Of a stretch of 64,000 nucleotides of DNA, positions 1 to 8,639 are shown piece by piece. Positions within the stretch are counted from its first letter, which is position 1, and the number at the start of each line of letters is the position of its first letter. A program made the position numbers and the translations under genes. This DNA is from Candidatus Obscuribacterales bacterium (GTDB lineage: Bacteria; Cyanobacteriota; Vampirovibrionia; Obscuribacterales; Obscuribacteraceae). The stretch spans positions 96,001-160,000 of the forward strand of contig CBDDIJ010000003.1 of the NCBI GenBank assembly GCA_965228855.1, read 5' to 3'. A model generated the notes under the pieces. It was not told the origin of the DNA, did not search any database, and saw only the letters and a list, made by a program, of their open reading frames with translations.

Positions 1-942
1 GAGAGCGTGACCGGCTTCATGTAGTGCGACCCTGCGAAGATAATTCAAACCGAGAACCTTCATGTCGCCTCTCGGAGAAACGAGAATCTTCACATCGGCA
101 TGAACTTCGTTGCTGTTTATATCCTGCTGGATGATGGTGTTCCCGCCCTCTTTGTTGCTCGCGAGATCGGAAACCTTGTCCGTAAACGTGCAACTTATCT
201 GTGCGTTCGCGGGCGAGTCTACAAATCGAAACTGAATCTTGGGAACATTAGCGGACCAGTCCTTGAAGGCGTTTACCACCGTATTCGGGAAAGTGGGTTG
301 AAAGCCATTCGCAGAGGAGGTTTTCTCCACGTATACAGTGACAGGTTGAGCACTAACGTCGGCCCATCTCGACCTGTTTCGGATTTCTGCGTAAAAATTG
401 TCACCGACTGCCGCCGCAGTTTGCGTGTTTTTCGAACTGAAATTTTGATTTTGAGTGGAACTTGGAGCTGCGGTCGGAACCGACTTTTCGATTGTGATCC
501 CTGGTGTGAAAGATTCACCTCCAGACGGATCCATCAGTTTAAATGTGGCACTGCCAGCGGTGTCCTGTCGTGGTGTGCTTGAACGCTCTGGTGGACTGTC
601 GGCGTTAGAGGCACTACCAGCAGTGCTGTTCTGAAACGATTCCGGAGTCGAATTCTGTGGTGTGGTGCCTGAAGTTGGAGGTGCGATCTCTGATTCGGGT
701 GGGCCATCCGGTGTATCCGAAGTATCCAAGCCGCTGCCGCTTGGACCGACTTCCTTTTGCAGCTGGTCCATCATATTGGACAAACCTGAGTTCCAATTGC
801 CACCGGCGCTGCCGGCTGCTGGCTTCTTCGCGCCTGCTGAAACTGGTTTGTGAAGCGGCTTCTTGGATGGCGCTGCGAAAACGGCGAGTGACTGCGAGCC
901 TAACAGGAGCAAAGTTACGCTTGCCGCAAAACTGATTTTCAT
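1..942 (-). CDS. Secreted matrixin-family (M10-like) zinc metalloprotease, truncated at the left window edge
   Basis: Not in the ORF track. Manual translation from ATG at 942 gives MKISFAASVTLLLLGSQSLAVFA (signal peptide), a long S/T/P-rich linker, then AFKDWS..IQFRFVDSPANAQISCTF and an in-frame LRRVALHEAGHAL (HExxH) ending at position 1. Confidence 0.85.
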   Translation of the reverse strand, partial: MKISFAASVTLLLLGSQSLAVFAAPSKKPLHKPVSAGAKKPAAGSAGGNWNSGLSNMMDQLQKEVGPSGSGLDTSDTPDGPPESEIAPPTSGTTPQNSTPESFQNSTAGSASNADSPPERSSTPRQDTAGSATFKLMDPSGGESFTPGITIEKSVPTAAPSSTQNQNFSSKNTQTAAAVGDNFYAEIRNRSRWADVSAQPVTVYVEKTSSANGFQPTFPNTVVNAFKDWSANVPKIQFRFVDSPANAQISCTFTDKVSDLASNKEGGNTIIQQDINSNEVHADVKILVSPRGDMKVLGLNYLRRVALHEAGHAL

Positions 943-952
943 ATAAAGCTGT

Positions 953-1141
953 TTAGTGAGACAACTGAGACGGATGCACCCAAGGCGCATCATAGTTGGC
1001 TTTCGGATGATTATTAATCCAGTTTGGCGACGTGGCAATTAGAATGCCTAGCAAAACCGTTATCCATACCGTGCGATATGTGACTGGAAGACTCGTCATA
1101 ACAGAGCTCCTTGATAGTTCGCGTGCCAAATTGCCGCTCAC
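953..1141 (-). CDS. Small hypothetical membrane protein (62 aa)
   Basis: GTG start preceded by GGAAGGTGA; one hydrophobic segment (VWITVLLGILIA); stop lies 10 bp before the matrixin start. Confidence 0.45.
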   Translation of the reverse strand: MSGNLARELSRSSVMTSLPVTYRTVWITVLLGILIATSPNWINNHPKANYDAPWVHPSQLSH

Positions 1142-1282
1142 TATTCACCTTCCCGATGGGCGCTTGTATCAAACTCCTTGGGATCTCTACATCCTATAAA
1201 TAGCGCGGTTTGAGCCTATCGTTCGGTCACTGCAACAAGCGCGAATGGTTTTCAACATTATTTATTCATTCATCCAGCTCGC

Positions 1283-1324
1283 CCTTCCTTCCTTCCTTCC
1301 TTCCTTCCTTCCGTTCGTTCGTTC
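1283..1324. repeat. Simple sequence repeat (CCTT)7 followed by (GTTC)3
   Basis: Read directly; intergenic. Confidence 0.9.
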
Positions 1325-1430
1325 ACGCTTTCATTAATTCGCTGGTAAATATCTCTACAAAGACGTACGGGACCGCTCACACGATCCCGCACCCACTCGC
1401 TGCTCACTAAAAAAATCAGTCAAGTAACTT

Positions 1431-2057
1431 CTAGTTGAGAAGTTTTCCGTATGCATCCTGATGGGTCAGATTCCCTGATGCGGTCTGGGTTGCTGTCGGA
1501 TAGTCCGCGTAGATCTTGGCTTGCGTCTCTCTGGACATCAGCTGACCATTTACGTTTTCCGATGCGCCTGGTCTCTTGTATGCAATTTTTGCTGAGACGT
1601 CGCGGGAGCTTCTCGAAGGCGAAAGTGACTTAGCGACCGCGGTTCGGGGTAAGATGTCGCATGCCGGATTGTGCGGCAGAGCGGCTCTTTGTGGTTTCAG
1701 GTAGTGAAACTCTTTTCTTTGTACAGGGGCGGCTGAGGTAGCTTGCACTTTCGTTCTTTGAGAAGGGGTTGCTTGCACCATGGAGGTGACAGGCGACCAG
1801 TAAAAATGTTTGAGTCCGGCGTTGCCTTTGACCAGACCAGTTTCCCAGCCGGCGTTTGTTTTTGCGCCGATGGTGTAACGGATGCCAGGTCTCATTTGAT
1901 TGCGGACACTTTCGGGCAGGTTATTGAGCATTTGTTGCTCTTCGCTCACTTGCGGCGCAGCCTTCGCTGCTGGAATTTCTTGAGCTTGTGCTGCGTTAGT
2001 AAGAATCAGGCTGGAAACGGCGACTAAAGCTGCATGTAAGAAAGTCTTGAGTTGCAT
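1431..2057 (-). CDS. Secreted hypothetical protein
   Basis: 208-aa ORF with signal peptide ending AAQAQ; purine-rich RBS (GAGGGAAG) upstream; no family recognised. Confidence 0.75.
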   Translation of the reverse strand: MQLKTFLHAALVAVSSLILTNAAQAQEIPAAKAAPQVSEEQQMLNNLPESVRNQMRPGIRYTIGAKTNAGWETGLVKGNAGLKHFYWSPVTSMVQATPSQRTKVQATSAAPVQRKEFHYLKPQRAALPHNPACDILPRTAVAKSLSPSRSSRDVSAKIAYKRPGASENVNGQLMSRETQAKIYADYPTATQTASGNLTHQDAYGKLLN

Positions 2058-2189
2058 AAATAGCTTCCCTCTTTCGGAAATAAGAACGGCGGTAAGGACC
2101 GAGGGGGATTTCTGGCTGTTGGTAAGGGGTTGTTGCCAAGAATCAAGATGGCTCTAATTTACGGGGAATTTGTACCTTTTTGGTACCCA

Positions 2190-2481
2190 GATCGGGGGTC
2201 AAGATTAAATCGCTCCCGATGACTACAGTTTAGCCCAGTCGACGTCAGCGGAACGTGACATAAGAAAGGTAAGGCGCACCTCTTAGGGTCAGTTCCCCTG
2301 TTAAGGGACACATTTTGTTGGCTTTTCGGGCTCGAAACGAGAGCGAAAGTCCCGAAAGAGTGGCTAGATGACTCTTTCGACAAATCCCCTATTAGGGGAA
2401 CCTCTCCTAAGAGGCGTGCGGCTGATCTGTTTAGCCTTGAGCAAACCTTCGTAAATCGAAATCTGGAGCAAAGACCCCGAC
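2190..2481. ncRNA. Putative structured non-coding RNA (long rod with internal bubble and branched tip; 6S-like shape, family unassigned)
   Basis: Nested collinear inverted repeats: 2192-2200/2473-2480, 2212-2216/2465-2469, 2245-2249/2421-2425, 2279-2287/2406-2414, 2292-2299/2394-2401, 2314-2320/2378-2384. Lies in a ~600-bp gap between divergent genes. Confidence 0.5.
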
Positions 2482-2653
2482 ACGACGAAAAATGCCTGAG
2501 CCTGCGCCTGATAAAGTGTCCCGAAACGTTGGCCTGAGTGGCACAATATCGCTTGCAGGGAAGAATAACTATAGGTTTGAGCTCAATATGATTGATGCTC
2601 GCTAAATCTATAGTAGATTATTCTCTTCAAGGGATAACGGACCTCTACATTCG

Positions 2654-3325
2654 ATGGCAAAAATTCTGCTTGTTGAAGACGATAAGAACCTGGCAGGTAC
2701 TGTTCAGGAGTGGCTAGAGTTCGAGCATTATTTGGTCGAATGGGTGGAAACCGGCATCGACGCCCTCGACATGATGAAATCATATAAGTATGACGTCGTG
2801 GTTCTCGACCTTACTATTCCTAAAATGGATGGCATCGAGGTTTGCAAGCATTATCGCGCTCAAGGCGGTCAATCGCCCATTCTTATATTGACTGGTCGTG
2901 GAACCGTTCCCGATAAAGAAGTTGGATTTGACGCCGGCGCTGACGACTATTTGACGAAACCTTTTCATTTAAAGGAACTGTCGGCGCGCATTCGCGCATT
3001 GCTCCGCCGTCCTTCTACAATGTCCGGAGAAGTTCTTGAAGCTGGTGATCTGGCACTCGATATCGTCTCGCACAGAGTCACCAAGGGCGGTGAGGAAATT
3101 CACTTGCCACGAATGGAATTCGCGCTTCTAGAGTTTCTAATGCGTCATAAAGGTCAAGTGTTCAGTGCAGAGGCGCTTCTAGACCGCGTCTGGACCGCCG
3201 ATTCAGAGAAATCGCCAGAGACAATCCGAACCTCGGTGAAAAAGCTGCGCAGCAAAATCGACACCAAAGGTCAGCAATCGCTGATCAAAAACGTTCATGG
3301 TGTCGGCTACAAATTAGAAGAGTAG
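2654..3325 (+). CDS. OmpR/PhoB-family response regulator (orphan)
   Basis: REC motifs LLVEDD, VVLDLTIP, DDYLTKPF; winged helix EFALLEFLMRH..KKLRSKI..NVHGVGYKL. Confidence 0.95.
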   Translation: MAKILLVEDDKNLAGTVQEWLEFEHYLVEWVETGIDALDMMKSYKYDVVVLDLTIPKMDGIEVCKHYRAQGGQSPILILTGRGTVPDKEVGFDAGADDYLTKPFHLKELSARIRALLRRPSTMSGEVLEAGDLALDIVSHRVTKGGEEIHLPRMEFALLEFLMRHKGQVFSAEALLDRVWTADSEKSPETIRTSVKKLRSKIDTKGQQSLIKNVHGVGYKLEE

Positions 3326-3622
3326 TTCCGCCCTTTTTAAGTTGCTCGCGTCTTCTGCGTAAGCGGCGACCATCTTATATGATGGTTCTAACTGGGAGGA
3401 AACCGGAATGCATCCACGCTATCTTGGCGCTCTGGTTGCACCATCCTGTCGTTGACAATTCAAGACCGGCTGATTGCAGCGTTCTATTCAAGCATTTTTC
3501 GACCAATCAACTATCGATTTGAACTCTGGCAAGTGGGCTTGTGTGTCGGCGTGTACTGTTTTGTTGTCGCCACTTTCACTGGGTGATTAAACCGCGTTCG
3601 ACTACTTTAAAATAATGGCGAA

Positions 3623-4144
3623 ATGCTGGAGTTTTCGAACGCTATGAAAAACGAATGGTCGCTGGCAGACGTGATTCGTCTGATTGACGTGGTTAACAAT
3701 AAGCGGACGGGTAGTTGTGCAGGTTCTCATTCGGAAGAAGCAGCCACCGCGGAACAGCAGTTGAACGAAGCGTTCGGGACAAATAATCTTCTTGCGGTCT
3801 ACGGAACTCTGGCTCCCGGTCGTCAGAACTACCACATCGTGGAACCGCTCGGGGGAGATTGGTCCGAGGGAATTATCGAAGGCAACTTGCAACAAACGGG
3901 ATGGGGCGCGACTCTCGGTTATCCCGCTTTCCGTCCGCAATCAGGCGGTCCTGTTCACAAGATTAAACTTCTGAAGTCTCGCGCCCTTGCATCAGGATGG
4001 CAGCATGTCGATGACTTCGAAGGACCCGAGTATCAGAGGATTCTGGTCCCCGTGTTCCGTGTTGAACTGGAAACGAGCGAGAAGGATGCACGTAGGTTGT
4101 TAACCGTTGCCAATTTGTATGCGGCAAAAGATGATGCTCCTTAA
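3623..4144 (+). CDS. Gamma-glutamylcyclotransferase (AIG2-like) family protein
   Basis: LAVYGTL motif, GYPA, and DDFEG..YQR carrying the candidate catalytic Glu. Confidence 0.8.
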   Translation: MLEFSNAMKNEWSLADVIRLIDVVNNKRTGSCAGSHSEEAATAEQQLNEAFGTNNLLAVYGTLAPGRQNYHIVEPLGGDWSEGIIEGNLQQTGWGATLGYPAFRPQSGGPVHKIKLLKSRALASGWQHVDDFEGPEYQRILVPVFRVELETSEKDARRLLTVANLYAAKDDAP

Positions 4145-4208
4145 TTTGCTGCCACTACAGGCGGTGATTAGTTTTTATTTCTGAGCCTTCATCGCTCGAA
4201 TATTCGAT

Positions 4209-4597
4209 TTGACAGTATGTCCTGTATATACTGTAGTGGCACTGTCACGCCAATAAACCTTAGTATTTCATTCTTTATATATAATTGAGCACTTTGTGGC
4301 AGTAATGCTGAGGGGAGATTCTGTAACTGTCACGTGAGGCGAGAATCATTGTTTCAATATGGATGCGACCGCGAAGCCTTTATTATGCTGAATTTTAAGC
4401 GATCTGTGGTGTTTTGCTTGAACCGTGACAGTAATTGTATGTGCTGTCAATTTAATGTCAAACTGTAACGGTTTGATATCTCTGGAATTCAAGAACGGGA
4501 GTCTGAAACACAGTCATAGAAAGTGTTTGCGGTGTTTCGGGAGCGGCTGTTGATGGATCTTGACAGCATGACAGTTTTGCTGGACAATGCTGTTATG
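4209..4597 (+). promoter_or_regulatory. Array of TGACAG/CTGTCA-like boxes plus sigma70-like promoter for the MerR-VIT operon
   Basis: TGACAG at 4210, 4426, 4561, 4569; CTGT(C/A/T)A at 4242, 4321, 4327, 4444, 4463, 4590. TTGACA(4560-4565)-17 nt-GACAAT(4583-4588) is followed by an in-frame ATG at 4595. Confidence 0.5.
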
Positions 4598-5143
4598 GTT
4601 GCTGAACGCAAATCATATTCCCTGAACGAGTTAAGTGATGAAGTCGCCCGCCTTCTGAAGGATCGTGGATTGATGAACATCCAACACGATCAGCGCGTTT
4701 CAGCGGCTCCCGATAAGCGAACAATCAGGTATTACACCACCTTAGGTTTGCTCGATCGCCCGAACATTGAGGGGCGGCAAGCCAAGTATGGTGACAGGCA
4801 TGTTATGCAGCTGGTGGCTATCAAAGCCTTGCAGAGCGTAGCGCTGCCGCTTTCCGAAATTCAATCGATGTTGTACGGGCTCACCGAAGACGAGCTTGAC
4901 CACGTCATTGATAACGTTGCTGAGTCTATCCGCGTTAAACAAAAACTGTTCAAGAAGGAAACATTTAAAACAACCCGATGGAGAGAGCTAGTCATAGAGC
5001 CAGGATTGAAGCTGGTAGTCGAGGATGACTGGCAATCTGAAATGGATGAATCTCTCCTGTTCGAGCGGTTGAAGGCTGCTCTGGATTTACTTAAAAAAGC
5101 TGGTTCCGACGGAGGATCCGTTGATGAGAGAGATGACGAATGA
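4595..5143 (+). CDS. MerR-family HTH transcriptional regulator
   Basis: YSLNEL..RTIRYYTTLGLLDRP..GRQAKYGDRHVMQLVAIKALQSVALPLSEI. The ORF track starts it at 4523; ATG 4595 preferred from promoter geometry. Confidence 0.85.
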   Translation: MVAERKSYSLNELSDEVARLLKDRGLMNIQHDQRVSAAPDKRTIRYYTTLGLLDRPNIEGRQAKYGDRHVMQLVAIKALQSVALPLSEIQSMLYGLTEDELDHVIDNVAESIRVKQKLFKKETFKTTRWRELVIEPGLKLVVEDDWQSEMDESLLFERLKAALDLLKKAGSDGGSVDERDDE

Positions 5144-8000
5144 GTTTGCGTATGTAGAATTTCTCGAGAAAATGAGAAACGAGTTCGAGCGAAAATTGGG
5201 TTCCTTGAGAGCCGGACAGGGAGCCAAAACGATAACGTTACCTCTCGATTCCGTGGACATAAAAGCAAGCGTCGTTGGACGCGTCACCGAAGTAACGATC
5301 ACACAAGTTTTTAAAAACCCCTATAGCGAACACCTTGAGGCGGAGTATATATTCCCGCTTGCCGGCTGTTCCTCAGTCAATGCGTTCAAGATGCACGTAG
5401 CAGGACGCACTGTTACAGGGACGATTCAAGAGCGGCGCGCCGCCCGTGAAGAGTATCAACAAGCACTTTCTGACGGCAAGCGCGCCTCTCTTCTGGAACA
5501 GGAGCGGGACGATGTTTTCACTATGCAGGTCGGAAACATACCCCCGAATGAAAAGATCACGGTGGAAATTAAATACACCGAAAAGTTGGAATTTTTTGAA
5601 GACGGAACCACTGAATTGAGACTGCCTCTGGTAGTCGCACCGCGTTATGTTCCCGGCGAGCAAATTGCGAGGGAACAGGTTGGAGACGGAGTGAATTTTG
5701 ACACTGACATGGTGCCCGACGCCTCCCGGGTATCACCGCCAAGATTGGCGGAGGGAGTAAACCCTGATGTGCAATTATCCATCGCCGTGGAGCTAATTCC
5801 TGATCAGTCAGCGAGCCGGGATCGGCTGTTGAACAGGATTTCCAATCTGTCCTGCTCGCAACACGCGGTAAAATCCAGCACGGATGATGGTGCCATACTG
5901 GTAACTCTCGCGAAAGCTAATGAACTTTTGAACAGAGATTTTGTTCTTAAGTGGAAACTTGTCGGCGAGAGAATGGCATCATCGGTGGTGCTCTATAAAA
6001 AGGCAGGAGTGAACGGCGCTAGCTTTGAAGAAGCTTATGGCATGCTGTCTCTCGTTCCTCCTGCCTTCACGGGCGCGCGGCCTGCTCCGCGTGATGTGGT
6101 CTTCCTCGTTGACCGCTCCGGTTCAATGATGGGCGACAAAATGGCTTATGCAACAAGGGCGTGCTCCATGCTTCTTTCGACGCTGGGCCCGGATGACAGA
6201 TTTGCGATCAACGCATTCGACGATTGTTGCGATTGGTTTTCTAAAGGGAAAAGCCTTGGTGTGTGGGACTACGTAAATGCAAATCTTGATGGCATTGAGG
6301 CTGGCTCTGATTATCTGCGCGGTATCGAGGCACGCGGTGGTACCGAGTTAGCCAAAGCCCTTGGCGAAGCCCTTAATTTGATCAATGCGAATAAATCGAA
6401 GGGCCGCATGCCCGTGATTGTCATTTTGACCGATGGTCAAGTTGCAAATGAGTCTCACATTTACAAGATGGCTCAACATGCCGGCAGAGATACGCGAATA
6501 TTCACGATTGGAATCGACACGGCAATCAACAGTCCATTGCTGAAACGCCTGGCCAGTCTTGCTGGGGGAACGTCCACATTTGTCGGACCAGGTGCGCAAT
6601 TGGAAGATGCGTTGATCAATGTCGGTCGAGAGATCGGCGCTCCACTTGTTACTGATCTAAAAGTGGAGTGCCTCACAGGTGGTATCAACATCGAAAGTCT
6701 AGCGCCCGGGCGTTTGCGCGATCTATTTGCTGGTAGAACATCTGACGGTTTATTCAAAATTCAAATCGATAAGGATAAATGCGGTCCCCTGAAGTTCAAG
6801 GTCACCGGCAAATTGTCCAATGGCAGAAGGTTCAGCGAAGAGGTTGACGCCCAGCTTGTTGATGACGAATCGATTTCCCGGCTTTGGGCTCGCGAGTACA
6901 TAAAGGAATTGGAAGACGATTTTCGAATTAAACCTGCGCGTCATGAGTCCATAAAGAGCGAAATCATTGAACTCTCGTTGAAGTTTTCCGTGCTTACAAA
7001 GTTTACGGCTTTCGTGGCCGTGGATGAAGCAGAGATCGTCAATCAATCCGGCGAGCTACGTCAGGTGGTGCAGCCCGTGCATTATCCAGATCAATGGCAA
7101 GTGCAATCGGCTACAGGTTTTTGGGGCAGCTCTTTTGGTTGTGCCGCACCTCCTCCCGGCACCGCATATGGTGTTACGGGAGCGTCTTCCGGTGATCTCT
7201 TCGGTTTTTCTGGGGCAGATTCGAGCGCTGTTCGTAAGGCGAGTAAACGAGCCGATATGCAACAGGGCTGGGGAGCTTCGGCTGGCGCTTGGAACGACTC
7301 GATGGAAACTTGGGGCGCGCCGATGGACGAAGCCGGCTCCTCTACACGGATGCGCTCAACATCCTCCTCTGACAGTTTCGGTTACTCCGGTATGAACACC
7401 AGCGGCGATGCTCATGGTAAGAGTTTGGCCGATAGCATTCGCGAACAGATTGCCAATTCACAGAACATCACTGAGTCAGCCGCAGTGAGTTGGTCTTCGC
7501 CGGATTCCGAACACTCGGTCCCACCCTCGTTGCCACAAAAGCCGGCTTCTCAAAATGATTCGGCGCTGTCGTCTGTTTGGTCCACGATGAAGAAGCTGTT
7601 CAAGAGTTCCGACCAGAAGGCGAATACGCCGAATGGTGCACCGGTTAACCGGGTGATAAACGCGCTAATCTCATTCAGAGAGGGCTGGGTTGCTTCCTGG
7701 CTTGAACTCGGCAAGGGCATTTTGCCTGATGCCGACGAAATTGAACGGATTCGCAAAGAGCTGGTCGAGGCACTTTCCGATCATCCTGTTGGGTTCGAGG
7801 TACCGCTGCTCAATAAGTTTTTGCGGTCTTCGGCAATTGATTATGTGGCTGCACTTCAGGCTTCTGATGTGACGGCACCGGCTATCTACAAGTCGCGCAG
7901 TCGATTCCATGACGGTTTCGTCGACGCGATGGTGGAAGCCGAGGCTGCCATATTGCAAGTCCAGGGCAGGCAGGGCGCCTTCTGGGAGTCCAATGTTTAG
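5121..8000 (+). CDS. VIT + vWA domain protein (inter-alpha-trypsin inhibitor-like)
   Basis: VIT domain (TQVFKNPYSEHLEAEYIFPL..FTMQVGNIPP); vWA MIDAS DRSGS, GGT, LTDG; S/G/W-rich low-complexity region; helical C-terminus ending AFWESNV; overlaps the MerR gene. Confidence 0.92.
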   Translation: MMREMTNEFAYVEFLEKMRNEFERKLGSLRAGQGAKTITLPLDSVDIKASVVGRVTEVTITQVFKNPYSEHLEAEYIFPLAGCSSVNAFKMHVAGRTVTGTIQERRAAREEYQQALSDGKRASLLEQERDDVFTMQVGNIPPNEKITVEIKYTEKLEFFEDGTTELRLPLVVAPRYVPGEQIAREQVGDGVNFDTDMVPDASRVSPPRLAEGVNPDVQLSIAVELIPDQSASRDRLLNRISNLSCSQHAVKSSTDDGAILVTLAKANELLNRDFVLKWKLVGERMASSVVLYKKAGVNGASFEEAYGMLSLVPPAFTGARPAPRDVVFLVDRSGSMMGDKMAYATRACSMLLSTLGPDDRFAINAFDDCCDWFSKGKSLGVWDYVNANLDGIEAGSDYLRGIEARGGTELAKALGEALNLINANKSKGRMPVIVILTDGQVANESHIYKMAQHAGRDTRIFTIGIDTAINSPLLKRLASLAGGTSTFVGPGAQLEDALINVGREIGAPLVTDLKVECLTGGINIESLAPGRLRDLFAGRTSDGLFKIQIDKDKCGPLKFKVTGKLSNGRRFSEEVDAQLVDDESISRLWAREYIKELEDDFRIKPARHESIKSEIIELSLKFSVLTKFTAFVAVDEAEIVNQSGELRQVVQPVHYPDQWQVQSATGFWGSSFGCAAPPPGTAYGVTGASSGDLFGFSGADSSAVRKASKRADMQQGWGASAGAWNDSMETWGAPMDEAGSSTRMRSTSSSDSFGYSGMNTSGDAHGKSLADSIREQIANSQNITESAAVSWSSPDSEHSVPPSLPQKPASQNDSALSSVWSTMKKLFKSSDQKANTPNGAPVNRVINALISFREGWVASWLELGKGILPDADEIERIRKELVEALSDHPVGFEVPLLNKFLRSSAIDYVAALQASDVTAPAIYKSRSRFHDGFVDAMVEAEAAILQVQGRQGAFWESNV

Positions 8001-8117
8001 ACATCGATGCCTAGCCAGCAGGAATGTTGATGACAGTAACACTCGAAGCTAGACAGAGTCTGAAGTTGAGGTCGAGACGAAGTCGAACCTTAGGGGTTAC
8101 GAACGACTAGAAAGCGT

Positions 8118-8150
8118 AAAAGAACGGGAGCCCCATCCTCCCGTTCTTTT
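8118..8150. terminator. Intrinsic terminator (probably bidirectional)
   Basis: AAAAGAACGGGAG-7 nt loop-CTCCCGTTCTTTT. Confidence 0.8.
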
Positions 8151-8639
8151 ATCCATTTGGATACAGCACATTTGTCAAAAACTTGCCGGGCGCGAAACCG
8201 GTCAATATGCCGGTTTTACAAGAAAAAAACTGTAGCACCGGCTTGGTAAAAGGTGCTAAGAATGAGAATACGAGCGGATGGGGCGTGGTAGGCGCGCCGG
8301 ACGTTCTGCAACTGTTCTGCAAAATATGGAACAAGATGCCCAATATACCGTCATTCCAGACAGTATGCAGGAAATGTATCCCGTATCCTGAAGGATTAAC
8401 GAGACACGCTTAAGGAAGTCTTCGAAACCAAAATGTAAAACGTTTCGATAGTTGAACCTACCTGAGAGCTAAATAAGGTGCCATGTTTTCGATATCATAG
8501 GCTTGTTAAGGGGCATGCTCAAAATAGGGTAATTCCAGTTTTCAGTATCTGACCTTATAATAAGTAAGAAGTACCTTTCAGCCTAATTTCGTGGACGGTC
8601 AAGTCGGTTAAAAGCCGACCAACATCAATTTAGAGGATT

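Noticed and set aside
100..935. Short ORFs called at the left edge
   Set aside because: All are explained by the minus-strand matrixin frame.
2274..2420. Retron msr-msd: GCGCACCTCTTAGG...CCTAAGAGGCGTGC resembles Ec86 a1/a2 arms
   Set aside because: No reverse transcriptase in the window, and pairing extends well beyond these arms.
2260..2480. RNase P, c-di-GMP-I riboswitch or tmRNA fragments (GGTAAGGCGCACC, GAAAGTCC, CTAGATGA, GCAAACC..GGAGCAAAG)
   Set aside because: Short matches occur in the wrong order; no ACAGAA..GGCTTA, no T-arm, no tag ORF and no complete GEMM fold.
3330..3600. Possible small gene or gene remnant
   Set aside because: Short open frames with no convincing start, RBS or motif.
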